From: Sulfurovum sp. | Lineage (GTDB): Bacteria; Campylobacterota; Campylobacteria; Campylobacterales; Sulfurovaceae | Direction: 5' to 3' | NCBI GenBank assembly: GCA_015661795.1 | Contig: DQVJ01000104.1 | Location: forward strand, 1-37,969 | DNA: 37,969 bases | Shown here: one piece after another, positions 8,355-18,269 of the stretch | Layout of the letters: each line of letters starts with the position of its first letter | Position numbering within the stretch: position 1 is the stretch's first letter | Made by a program: the position numbers and the translations under genes | Notes under the pieces: model-generated | What the model saw: the letters and a program-made list of their open reading frames with translations, nothing else | Told to the model about the DNA's origin: nothing | Databases searched by the model: none

Positions 8355-11072
8355 ATGAAAAAACCTCTAAAAAAAATAGATTTATCCTCGAAATGTTGGC
8401 ATCATGAAGATACCCAATCAGTCCTGACATTATTGGATACTACAATAGACGGTCTTTCTTGTAAAGTAGCAAAAGATCGTTTAAAGCAATACGGTGAAAA
8501 TAGACTTCCTCAAACACAGATGCAAAGTGCTTTTATGCGCTTTATCCACCAATTTCATAATATATTGATATATGTATTGATTTTTGCAGCTATCATCACT
8601 GCTGTATTGGAAGAATGGGTGGATGCAGGTGTGATTTTTGCTGTTGTTATCCTCAATGCCTTGATAGGGTTTGTTCAAGAAGGTAAAGCTGAAAATGCTT
8701 TAAAAGCTATACGACAAATGCTTTCCCAACATGCAATAGTCATAAGAGATAAACAACAACTCACTATCAATGCAGAAAAACTAGTCCCTGGTGATATTGT
8801 ACTGCTACAGTCAGGAGACAAGGTGCCTGCTGATTTGAGACTCTTACAGGTTAAAGGACTTCAAATTCAAGAATCAGCATTAACTGGTGAGTCCATAGCC
8901 ATAGAAAAAACGATTGAGCCTGTTCCAAAAGAGAGTGTTATCGGTGACCGAAGATGTATGGCTTATGCGAGTACTATTGTCACCCATGGACAGGGTACTG
9001 GAGTAGTCACAAAGACTGGTGCGTATACAGAAATTGGACAAATTAGTACACTTGTATCGAAAGTGGAGTCAGTAACAACACCTTTATTACGGCAAATGGC
9101 TGAGTTTGGTCGTTGGCTTACTTTCGCCATCATTGTTCTTGCCATTATTACCTTTGGATTCGGGGTACTTTTAAGAGATTATGCTGCTACAGATATCTTT
9201 CTTGCCGCAGTAAGTTTAGCTGTGGCTGCCATACCCGAAGGACTACCTGCCATTATGACCATTACGCTGGCTCTAGGAGTACAACGTATGGCAAATCGTA
9301 ATGCTATTATCAGAAAATTACCTGCCGTTGAAACACTCGGAGCAGTCTCAGTCATTTGTTCTGATAAGACTGGAACATTAACGCGTAATGAAATGACAGT
9401 ACGTACACTTGTCACGGGTACAAATATATTTGAAGTCAGCGGTACAGGATATGATCCTCATGGAATCATTTCCTTGGAAAATAATGATAGAATACATGAA
9501 GAAAACATAATCGTTAAAGAGATGGGACGTGCTGCTATACTTTGTAATGATGCATCTTTGGAAAAGAAAGATTCACAATGGTTTGTACATGGTGACCCTA
9601 TGGAGGGAGCATTGCTTGTTGTGGCATTGAAAACTGGATTAGACATAGAAACAGAAACAAAGTTATATCCACGTACAGACCTCATACCTTTTGAGTCAAA
9701 GCATCGCTTTATGGCAACACTTCACCATAACCATGATGGTGAAAGTTTTATTTTTATCAAAGGTGCTCCAGAGCAAATTTTAGAAATGTGTACCTACCAA
9801 AAATCAAATAACAATCCTGAACCTATAGATAAAAGCTACTGGCAAGACCATATAGAAGTATTGGCATCTAAAGGACAACGTATATTGGCTATAGCCTATA
9901 AATTAGCACATGATAAACAAATGGAACTAACATTCTCTGATGTAGAAAATGATTTAATCCTATTAGGTATATTTGGTTTAATTGATCCCCCAAGAGAAGA
10001 GGCTATCGAGTCTATACATCTATGTCATAACGCAGGTATTAGCGTAAAAATGATTACTGGGGATCATGGTGTTACAGCACGTGCCATTGCCCAGAAATTG
10101 AAATTAAAAAATTCAGATGATGTCCTTACAGGGGTAGAACTTGAAGCCATACATGACATGACATTAAAACAAAAGGTGCTTGATGTTGATATTTATGCCC
10201 GTGTCAATCCTGAACATAAACTACGTTTGGTAAAAATGCTACAGGAACATGGACTCATAGTTGCCATGACTGGTGATGGCGTAAATGACGCTCCAGCATT
10301 GAAACGTGCAGATGTAGGTACAGCAATGGGATATAATGGTACAGAAGCTGCAAAAGAAGCTGCTGAAATGGTTTTGGTAGATGACAACTTTGCCTCTATT
10401 ACCCATGCTGTTGAAGAAGGTCGTACAGTTTATGATAATCTTAAAAAAGCTATTTTATTTATTCTCCCTACAAATGGTGGAGAAGCCTTAATTATTCTGG
10501 CTGCAATTGCATTTGGTTTTCAACAAATGCCATTAATACCGGTGCAGATACTTTGGGTCAATATGGTAACAGCCGTAACTTTAGCATTATCCTTAGCATT
10601 TGAGCCTGCTGAAAAAAGTGTCATGCATAGACCTCCACGTAATGCCAAAGAACCCATACTCACAACGTATCTCCTCTGGCGTGTGGCATATGTCTCAATC
10701 ATATTGATGGGAGGTACATTTGGACTATTTATGTGGGAAATGTCCCAAGGCAGTAGTATTGAATATGCTCGAACAGTAGCCGTTAACACACTTATTATGT
10801 TTGAAATTTTTTATTTATTTAATTCTCGTTATATATCAAATTCCATTTTAAACTGGGAAGGATTAAGTGGAAATCGCTATGTATTACTTGCTATTGGTAT
10901 ATTAATTATATTGCAACTTTGTTTTACTTACCTATCACCTATGCAGCTTCTATTTGGAACTACAGGTATTTCTCTTTTAGTATGGGTACAGATAATACTG
11001 GTGGCATCCTCTGTACTTTTTCTTGTAGAACTGGAAAAGTATATTGTCCGATATAAGATGAAGACAAAATAA
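8355..11072 (+). CDS. P2-type cation-transporting P-type ATPase (CtpF/PacL-like)
   Basis: TGES, IPEGL, DKTGTLT, KGAPE, TGD, GDGVND; 10-TM layout. Confidence 0.92.
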   Translation: MKKPLKKIDLSSKCWHHEDTQSVLTLLDTTIDGLSCKVAKDRLKQYGENRLPQTQMQSAFMRFIHQFHNILIYVLIFAAIITAVLEEWVDAGVIFAVVILNALIGFVQEGKAENALKAIRQMLSQHAIVIRDKQQLTINAEKLVPGDIVLLQSGDKVPADLRLLQVKGLQIQESALTGESIAIEKTIEPVPKESVIGDRRCMAYASTIVTHGQGTGVVTKTGAYTEIGQISTLVSKVESVTTPLLRQMAEFGRWLTFAIIVLAIITFGFGVLLRDYAATDIFLAAVSLAVAAIPEGLPAIMTITLALGVQRMANRNAIIRKLPAVETLGAVSVICSDKTGTLTRNEMTVRTLVTGTNIFEVSGTGYDPHGIISLENNDRIHEENIIVKEMGRAAILCNDASLEKKDSQWFVHGDPMEGALLVVALKTGLDIETETKLYPRTDLIPFESKHRFMATLHHNHDGESFIFIKGAPEQILEMCTYQKSNNNPEPIDKSYWQDHIEVLASKGQRILAIAYKLAHDKQMELTFSDVENDLILLGIFGLIDPPREEAIESIHLCHNAGISVKMITGDHGVTARAIAQKLKLKNSDDVLTGVELEAIHDMTLKQKVLDVDIYARVNPEHKLRLVKMLQEHGLIVAMTGDGVNDAPALKRADVGTAMGYNGTEAAKEAAEMVLVDDNFASITHAVEEGRTVYDNLKKAILFILPTNGGEALIILAAIAFGFQQMPLIPVQILWVNMVTAVTLALSLAFEPAEKSVMHRPPRNAKEPILTTYLLWRVAYVSIILMGGTFGLFMWEMSQGSSIEYARTVAVNTLIMFEIFYLFNSRYISNSILNWEGLSGNRYVLLAIGILIILQLCFTYLSPMQLLFGTTGISLLVWVQIILVASSVLFLVELEKYIVRYKMKTK

Positions 11073-11090
11073 CAGATTCTGCCAACGAAT

Positions 11091-12500
11091 TCATTTATTT
11101 TCTAAGAAAGGTATTTCTAAAATACCTTTCTTGTTGATACCAAGTTTTTTAATACAGTCAAGTAAAAGCAAATATAAGCCCTCTTCTAAAGTTGGATGAT
11201 AGAAAGGAAACTTGATCATTTGATACACGGTTAAATTTTGCTCTATCGCCCATGCAATATGATGTGCCAAATGTTCGGCTCCGGGTACTGCTATTTGTGC
11301 ACCCAAAATTTTTCCATCAGATTTTTGTACATATAAATTTGCGATACCTTTATTTACATTCATAAGCATTGCACGTGCTTGTTTACTAAAATCATAACTC
11401 CCAATAAGCACAGAGACATCATCTTTAATCTCACTATACTCTTTACCAATAAAAGCAATATTAGGGTCTGTGAATACAATAGCTAAAGGAACTTTTCTCT
11501 TAAAAAGTTTCTGTGCATGAATAGCATTGTATCCTGCAATACGACCTTCATCAGCTGCTTCATGAAGCAGGGGTCTATCTGCATTGACATCTCCTGCCAT
11601 GTAAATGGGTAAATCTTCTATCTGCATGGTTTGAGGATTAAAGTTAGGCATACCTTTTTGGTCTAATGTAATCCCAATATTTTCCAATTTTAATGCTTTA
11701 AGATTTGGTTTTCTACCTATAGAAATCAATACCTTGTCTACAAGTACTTCTCGTATTCCACTTCTAATCTTTACTTTATTCTCTACTTTTTCCAAACTGG
11801 CACGCTCACCACCTAACCACATATCAAACTCTTTTTCACAAAGTGATACCATCACCTTATTAATATCTGGATCACTCAGCCCACCTATAAATTCTTTTGA
11901 ATTTATAGCAGTTACTTTGATACCTAATCTTGCAAGAGCTTGCCCAATTTCGAGTCCGATAACACCTAGTCCTAGTACACCTAAAGTAGGTGGAAGGTCA
12001 TTTTGTTCAAAAAGCTCATCAGTTGTAAGTATGTATTCTCTAAAATTATCCCAAGTCGTATCATATACAGGGGTAGAGCCTGTAGCGATGATAATCTTTT
12101 TAGCATGTATCTCATTATCGCCCACTTTTAATGTATGTGTATCGATGAATTCTGCTTTCCCTGAAAGTATTTTGTCTCCTAAGGTAGTAATGCTATTTTT
12201 AATATTATAGTTGACAAGAATATCTCTATGTTTCCTTACTCTTTGCAACACATCAGGGATAGATACTTCCAATTGATCTGCATTGTGTATACCACTCTTT
12301 TCAAAATGAAGTCTATCATGGTAATAATCTGCAATTTGTATAAGAGATTTTGATGGCATACAACCAACACGTGCACACGTTGTTCCATAAGGACCATCAT
12401 TAATAATAATAAAATTATCAGTCTCTTTTTTAACCTGTGACAATGCATAGAGCCCTGCAGAACCTGCACCAATAATTGCGACATCTACTTCTTTTTTCAT
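11091..12500 (-). CDS. Dihydrolipoyl dehydrogenase-like flavoprotein disulfide oxidoreductase
   Basis: GAGSAG FAD motif, CARVGC redox disulfide, GLGVIGLE, HPTLEE. Confidence 0.85.
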   Translation of the reverse strand: MKKEVDVAIIGAGSAGLYALSQVKKETDNFIIINDGPYGTTCARVGCMPSKSLIQIADYYHDRLHFEKSGIHNADQLEVSIPDVLQRVRKHRDILVNYNIKNSITTLGDKILSGKAEFIDTHTLKVGDNEIHAKKIIIATGSTPVYDTTWDNFREYILTTDELFEQNDLPPTLGVLGLGVIGLEIGQALARLGIKVTAINSKEFIGGLSDPDINKVMVSLCEKEFDMWLGGERASLEKVENKVKIRSGIREVLVDKVLISIGRKPNLKALKLENIGITLDQKGMPNFNPQTMQIEDLPIYMAGDVNADRPLLHEAADEGRIAGYNAIHAQKLFKRKVPLAIVFTDPNIAFIGKEYSEIKDDVSVLIGSYDFSKQARAMLMNVNKGIANLYVQKSDGKILGAQIAVPGAEHLAHHIAWAIEQNLTVYQMIKFPFYHPTLEEGLYLLLLDCIKKLGINKKGILEIPFLENK

Positions 12501-12648
12501 TTTACATCCTTATATAATGTACTATTTTACATTATTTGTTTAAAATTAGTATTGATACACTATATTTATTCATTAATATTTGCAGTGTATAATTTATAAG
12601 AGCCTGATAAATATTAGGATTGAATTCATAAAAAGGGTAGGGTTTATT

Positions 12649-13506
12649 ATGAAGAAGTTAAAAAGAATTGTAGCTGCTGTAGACATTTATTCCAAATCAA
12701 ATAATGTCCTAAAACGGGCATTAATGATTGCAAGAGATAATAAAGCACATTTATATATTGTTCATATAGTTGAAACCCCTTGGCTATCACTGCCCGATTA
12801 TTTTGGGGGTGAAGAAATATCCATTGATACAAAAGCATTGCAAAAAAAATTACTTAAAAAGGTAAAAGTTTTTAACAGAAATAATGAAGTACAGTGTACT
12901 GTATTTGTAAAAGTTGGGAGTGTTGTAGATACATTACTCTATGAAGCCAATTTACTCAAATCAGATATGTTAATTATAGGTGCAAATACAAAAAAACAAA
13001 ATAATGCCCTAGGAACATCTGCTGAAAAACTGGTTTACCAAAGTAACCTGACAGTACTTGTAGTAAAAAATACTGTCAAAAAATCATATAAAAAAATTAT
13101 TGCGCCTACAGACTTTCAAGTACAATCCATAAGAAGTATAAATTTTGCAAAAAATGTTTTCCCTAAAGCTTCCATAAGTATGGTTCATAGTCCTGAAATG
13201 ATTTATTATATGGAAGATACCTATATGCTAACGGGTTATAGTATGTCACAACTGAATGATAATACTAAAGAAAATGCAAAAAAAAGTATGAAAACGCTTC
13301 TAAAAGAATTATCTCTGCAAAAAGGTAAGGTCATTGACAATGATTTTGATACAAAAAAAGCATTACTAGACTATATCAAAAGTGGTGCATATGATCTTAC
13401 GGTAGTAGGGTATAAAAATTTTGAGGGGTTTGCGTCATTATTAGGAAGTGTAAGTTCAACTATTTTAAGAAAAGCTAAAACAGATGTGCTTATATATGTG
13501 ACATGA
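12649..13506 (+). CDS. Tandem-domain universal stress protein
   Basis: Likely start ATG 12649 (MKKLKRIVAAVD); two USP domains, ending LGTSAEKL and LGSVSSTIL. Confidence 0.85.
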   Translation: MKKLKRIVAAVDIYSKSNNVLKRALMIARDNKAHLYIVHIVETPWLSLPDYFGGEEISIDTKALQKKLLKKVKVFNRNNEVQCTVFVKVGSVVDTLLYEANLLKSDMLIIGANTKKQNNALGTSAEKLVYQSNLTVLVVKNTVKKSYKKIIAPTDFQVQSIRSINFAKNVFPKASISMVHSPEMIYYMEDTYMLTGYSMSQLNDNTKENAKKSMKTLLKELSLQKGKVIDNDFDTKKALLDYIKSGAYDLTVVGYKNFEGFASLLGSVSSTILRKAKTDVLIYVT

Positions 13507-13573
13507 CATACATATTATTATTGTTACTCACCGTCAATCTGTAAAAATATGTTAGTCAAGAGAGGGAGGGAAC

Positions 13574-14302
13574 ATGCATAAAATTATGATATTAAGTGGT
13601 GCAGGTCTCTCTGCGGAGAGTGGTATACGTACTTTTAGAGACCATGATGGTCTTTGGGAAAATCACAGTGTGATGGAAGTCTGTTCTACCCAAGGCTGGA
13701 TAGCCAATAGAGTAAAAGTAACCAGCTTTTACAATGATCGTAGACGTGATCTTGAATTTAAAGAGCCCAATCATGCACATAAGGTGCTTGCTCAGCTTGA
13801 ACACGATTATCGCGGAAGAGTCATACACCTAACTCAAAATATAGATAATCTTATGGAGAAAGCAGGTGCCAAAGACATTATCCATCTACATGGTACACTA
13901 ACCGATTTACGTTGTGAAGCATGTACACAGATATTTAATATTGCTTATAAAAAGCAAGTTGGCAATGAAAAATGTCCACATTGTGGAAATACTAGAGTAC
14001 GTCATAATGTTGTCATGTTTGGTGAAGCAGCTCCAGAGTATACTCGTATTTATCAGTCTATCAAAGAATGTACACTTTTCATCGCCATTGGTACCAGTGG
14101 TACAGTAATCGATATTATCCCAATTGCAAAAGAATTTAATAAACACTCCATACTTATAGACCCTAAACGTCAAAATACTGCCAGTACATTTGATCCTCAT
14201 GACTACATAGATGAATATTTTGAGCATTTTATACAAAAAAAAGCAGGTGATGCTATGGAGGATATGATGGACATTATTAAAGAACATATGGGTCAAGGAT
14301 AA
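13574..14302 (+). CDS. cobB: Sir2-family NAD-dependent protein deacylase (class III)
   Basis: GAGLSAESGIRTFR, YxxR, TQNID, HG, CxxC...CxxC, VVMFGE, GTSG. Confidence 0.85.
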   Translation: MHKIMILSGAGLSAESGIRTFRDHDGLWENHSVMEVCSTQGWIANRVKVTSFYNDRRRDLEFKEPNHAHKVLAQLEHDYRGRVIHLTQNIDNLMEKAGAKDIIHLHGTLTDLRCEACTQIFNIAYKKQVGNEKCPHCGNTRVRHNVVMFGEAAPEYTRIYQSIKECTLFIAIGTSGTVIDIIPIAKEFNKHSILIDPKRQNTASTFDPHDYIDEYFEHFIQKKAGDAMEDMMDIIKEHMGQG

Positions 14303-14305
14303 TAT

Positions 14306-15703
14306 CTATATCCCTATTTTTTCTCCATATTTCACGATATGTGATTTTTTCTGTAAACGTTTTTCTATCTCTTCTTGAAAGATTTCTTGCTTGTCACGTT
14401 CACCATGGATAAGAAAAATTTTATCTAGTTTTTTAAATGCATGCATCCATTCTATAAGACCATTTTGATCTGCATGTGCAGAAAATCCGTTTATCGTATA
14501 TATTTTTGCTTTGACAATGATTTCTTCGCCATAAATATTGATCAGTTTTACACCATCTACAAGCTTGCGCCCTAATGTACCCTGTACCTGATAGCCTACA
14601 AATACTACAGCATTTTTTTCATTCCACAGACGATGTTTAAAATGTTGAAGTATACGTCCTCCATTACACATACCAGCACCAGCGATGATAATACAGTGTG
14701 AATCTTCGGCATTTATTTTCATTGAGTCTTGAATTCTCAATGTATAATGTAAATAAGGAAAGTCAAAAATAGTACCATCTCGTTCTAAAAATCTATTACA
14801 ACACTCGTTTAATTCTTCATGATATTTTTTATAAATTTCTGTAGCACGTATAGCCATAGGCGAATCAAGAAAAACCTGACATACAGGTAACTCTCCTCTT
14901 TCATACATTTGTTTAAGTAAGCAAAGTATCTCTTGTGTCCGTTCTATAGCAAAAGAGGGTATAAGTACATTTCCTCCATTATTAAATGTTTCGAGTATTA
15001 CTTCTTGTAGCTCAACATCACTTTGTGCCACACTCCTATGGTTCCTGTCTCCATAGGTAGACTCAATAAAAAGTACATTGGCTTCTTCAATCGTATCAGG
15101 TAGTGGCATAACCAACTCATCGTCATTGCCAAGGTCACCTGAAAAAACAAGTATCTTTTTTATACCATCTTCTTCAAATAATACTTCAATAATGGAAGAA
15201 CCTAAAATATGTCCAGCATTTTTAAAATTTACAAATATGCCATTTCCCAAGTCTATCTGTTCGTCATAAGAAGCAAATATCATATCACGATGAAATACTG
15301 CACGTACATCACTCTCAGCATAAAGTGGTTTTTCAACTTCTTTTTCTTTTCCTTTTCTCTGGGCTTTTCTATAACGTGTCTTATAACTTTCATTCATCAG
15401 ATGTGCCGAGTCCAACATCACTACTTCTGCCAAGTCCATAGTTGAAGGATGTGTAACAATAGTACCTTTAAAACCTTCTTTAACAAGTTTTGGCGTTCTA
15501 CCTACATGGTCTAAGTGTCCATGGGTGAGGAGCAAAAAATCTACTTCTTCTGGTTTGAAACCAAAGGGATTGGCATTACGTTCTTCAACTGTACCTTGGT
15601 ACATACCACAATCAATTAAGAGATTTGTGCCATTTTTAAACTGAAGTAAATGACATGAACCTGTTACCACTTCTGCCGCACCGTATGATTGTAAAATTGC
15701 CAT
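14306..15703 (-). CDS. Metallo-beta-lactamase / beta-CASP ribonuclease (TTHA0252-like)
   Basis: THGHLDH, AGHILGS, FSGD, ESTYG, FSAHAD, HGE. Confidence 0.88.
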   Translation of the reverse strand: MAILQSYGAAEVVTGSCHLLQFKNGTNLLIDCGMYQGTVEERNANPFGFKPEEVDFLLLTHGHLDHVGRTPKLVKEGFKGTIVTHPSTMDLAEVVMLDSAHLMNESYKTRYRKAQRKGKEKEVEKPLYAESDVRAVFHRDMIFASYDEQIDLGNGIFVNFKNAGHILGSSIIEVLFEEDGIKKILVFSGDLGNDDELVMPLPDTIEEANVLFIESTYGDRNHRSVAQSDVELQEVILETFNNGGNVLIPSFAIERTQEILCLLKQMYERGELPVCQVFLDSPMAIRATEIYKKYHEELNECCNRFLERDGTIFDFPYLHYTLRIQDSMKINAEDSHCIIIAGAGMCNGGRILQHFKHRLWNEKNAVVFVGYQVQGTLGRKLVDGVKLINIYGEEIIVKAKIYTINGFSAHADQNGLIEWMHAFKKLDKIFLIHGERDKQEIFQEEIEKRLQKKSHIVKYGEKIGI

Positions 15704-15844
15704 AAAAACTCCTTTAGCGCTAAAATTAGTTTACATCCTTTCATTTAATAAGATGATTAATTTTGACTTTTCAATAGTTATATGATATTATTAAATAAAG
15801 TTTAGTCTATTTATATAAAGGTTTAGACTAAAGGAGTTAAAACT

Positions 15845-16855
15845 ATGACTTATCATAAAAGTATGGAGTATTATAAGAAAGTAGAAGGTAAAGATAGCAT
15901 TATATGTTTGCTATGCCGTCATTCATGTAAACTGAAAGAAGGGCAGGTAGGTATATGTGGCGTCAATAAAAACGTAGATGGTGAGCTTAAAACACTAGTC
16001 TATGGCCACCCCATTGCACTCAATGTCGATCCAGTTGAGAAAAAACCACTAAACCACTTCTTACCAGGTACTAAAGTACTATCGTTTGGAACAGTAGGAT
16101 GTAACTTTAAATGTCCTTTTTGTCAAAATTGGGATATTTCTCAAGAACATACAATTAATGAAGAAATCAAGGTAAGTCCTGAACAGATGGTTGAACTTGC
16201 CTTTGAACACGGAGCAAAATCTATAGCATATACCTACAATGAACCTACAATATTTTATCCTTATGCAAAAGATATTGGGGTGATTGCCAAAGAAAGAGGC
16301 TTAAAAAATATCTTTGTGACTAATGGATTTGAATCTAAAGAAATGATAGAGGACATGGTGACATGGGTAGATGCAGCCAATATAGACTTAAAAAGTTGGG
16401 ACAACAGCTACTACAAAAAAATTCTAAAAGGTGGACTTGAAGAGGTTAAAGACACACTCAAAAGAATAGTAAAACTTGGTATATGGGTGGAAGTAACTAC
16501 ACTGCTCATTGAAGGTGACAATGACAGTGATGAGACGTTAAAAGAAATGGCTGCATTTATTGCAAATGATTTAGGTACCTCTGTACCTTGGCATTTAAGT
16601 GCATTCAGCCCAAATTATAAAATGTTAGATCACGACAGCACTAAAATAGAGACGCTTGAGCGAGCAAAATTAATAGGAAAGAAAGCTGGGTTAAAATACA
16701 TTTATTTAGGAAATGTTCCCGTGCATGCACATACGTATTGTCCTGCATGTAATCACTTGCTTATTGATAGAAGTGGTTATACAGTAACAATGAATCATCT
16801 TCATGATGGACAGTGTCCCCACTGTCAAGAAAGTATAAAAGGAGTATGGTCATGA
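15845..16855 (+). CDS. amrS: AmmeMemoRadiSam system radical SAM enzyme
   Basis: N-terminal CxxCxxxC...GICG, DPVEKKPL, CNFKCPFCQN, YTYNEP, C-terminal CPAC/CPHC. Confidence 0.9.
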   Translation: MTYHKSMEYYKKVEGKDSIICLLCRHSCKLKEGQVGICGVNKNVDGELKTLVYGHPIALNVDPVEKKPLNHFLPGTKVLSFGTVGCNFKCPFCQNWDISQEHTINEEIKVSPEQMVELAFEHGAKSIAYTYNEPTIFYPYAKDIGVIAKERGLKNIFVTNGFESKEMIEDMVTWVDAANIDLKSWDNSYYKKILKGGLEEVKDTLKRIVKLGIWVEVTTLLIEGDNDSDETLKEMAAFIANDLGTSVPWHLSAFSPNYKMLDHDSTKIETLERAKLIGKKAGLKYIYLGNVPVHAHTYCPACNHLLIDRSGYTVTMNHLHDGQCPHCQESIKGVWS

Positions 16856-18222
16856 GTACTAGAGAAACATCTGTAGCAGGTCAGTTTTATCCTTCAAATG
16901 CTACTGAAATTCGTTCTATGATTCAAGCATATAATAAAATACTAGATGTATATTTTGAAGGTAATACTGAAATACAAAATCTTAAGCCAAGAGCCGTCAT
17001 TGTGCCACATGCAGGATATATATACAGTGGATTCACAGCAAATATTGCATTGAGACTTTTAGAAAACAGTGAGGTTAAACGTATTGTTGTAATTGGTCCT
17101 AGCCATCGTGTGTACTTAAAAGGCACCAGTATCTCTCAATATGACCGTTATGCCACACCATTAGGGTCTTTGCCTATAGACAAGTTTTTGGTGGATATAC
17201 TGAAAGAAAAATTCTCTTTTACATGTATACCTGAAGCACATCATGAACATAGTACAGAAGTACAGTTACCTTTTATCAAAGCGTATAAACCAGACGTTAG
17301 CGTTGTTGAACTGGTCTATGGAGATGAAAATCCAAATAAACTTGCAGATGTCATTAATTATTTACTTGATGATACGAAAACTGCTGTAGTTATCAGTACA
17401 GATCTTAGCCATTATTATGATATTAACAAAGCAAATCATTTAGATAGTATCTGCTTAAATGCTATAAAAAATTTGGAGGTTAAAAAATTATATGAAGGAT
17501 GTGAAGCTTGTGGTAAGATAGGACTAGCTGCAATGCTTTTGAGTGCTAAAGAAAGGTCGTTAAAGCCTGTACTTCTTGATTACCGTACCAGTGCAGATAC
17601 AAGTGGTGACACTTCACAGGTTGTAGGCTATATGAGTGCTGCATTTGTGCAAAATCATACAGTTACAAAGAAAAAAGAAGTTTTATTGCAGTTAGCAAGA
17701 TCTGCAATCTCTGAAGTTGTAGGAAACCCTGTAAATTTAAATTTAGATGCACTGATCAAGGAAAATCCATGGCTAGAAGAAGAGGGTGCTTCTTTTGTCA
17801 CCATCACCATTAATGGTAACAAATTAAGAGGATGTATAGGTTCACTTACAGCATATCGTAAACTTTATCTTGATGTAATACATAATGCAAAGAGTGCTGC
17901 AATGCATGATCCTAGATTTCCTCCTTTAACACCAAAAGAGTTTGAACACATTCAAATTGAAGTATCTATATTAACAGATCCAGAAAGTATTAGTTATGAC
18001 TCACTGCAAACTTTAAAATCAAAAATTCGTGTAGGGATAGATGGTGTCATTCTCAAAGATGGTGCCCATCAGGCAACTTTTTTACCTCAGGTATGGGAAG
18101 AGCTTCCTAGCTTTGATATTTTCTTTTCTCATTTGTGTCAAAAAGCTGGTATGCCCTCTGATTGTTTAAAGAATATGCCAGAAATTTTGGTCTATCAGGT
18201 TGAGAAATATAAAGAAACATAA
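16852..18222 (+). CDS. amrB: Fused AmmeMemoRadiSam protein B (Memo-like) and protein A (AMMECR1)
   Basis: Probable start at the ATGA overlap (16852). Memo motifs AGQFYP, PHAGY, GPSH, EHS.EVQ, STDLSHY; AMMECR1 motifs LRGCIG, DPRF, ATFLPQV, KAG. Confidence 0.88.
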   Translation: MSTRETSVAGQFYPSNATEIRSMIQAYNKILDVYFEGNTEIQNLKPRAVIVPHAGYIYSGFTANIALRLLENSEVKRIVVIGPSHRVYLKGTSISQYDRYATPLGSLPIDKFLVDILKEKFSFTCIPEAHHEHSTEVQLPFIKAYKPDVSVVELVYGDENPNKLADVINYLLDDTKTAVVISTDLSHYYDINKANHLDSICLNAIKNLEVKKLYEGCEACGKIGLAAMLLSAKERSLKPVLLDYRTSADTSGDTSQVVGYMSAAFVQNHTVTKKKEVLLQLARSAISEVVGNPVNLNLDALIKENPWLEEEGASFVTITINGNKLRGCIGSLTAYRKLYLDVIHNAKSAAMHDPRFPPLTPKEFEHIQIEVSILTDPESISYDSLQTLKSKIRVGIDGVILKDGAHQATFLPQVWEELPSFDIFFSHLCQKAGMPSDCLKNMPEILVYQVEKYKET

Positions 18223-18269
18223 ATGAAAGTCTTAACCATTTCGATGTAAAATAGACTAAAGGATATAGG

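Noticed and set aside
12580-12648. N-terminal extension of the USP ORF (likewise 16813-16851 for amrB and 33862-33873 for the lipoprotein)
   Set aside because: Downstream ATGs fit the domain starts and SD positions better.
13574-15703. Sir2 plus MBL as an anti-phage system
   Set aside because: The Sir2 is a Zn-binding CobB-type deacylase, not a defence NADase, and the two genes are convergent.
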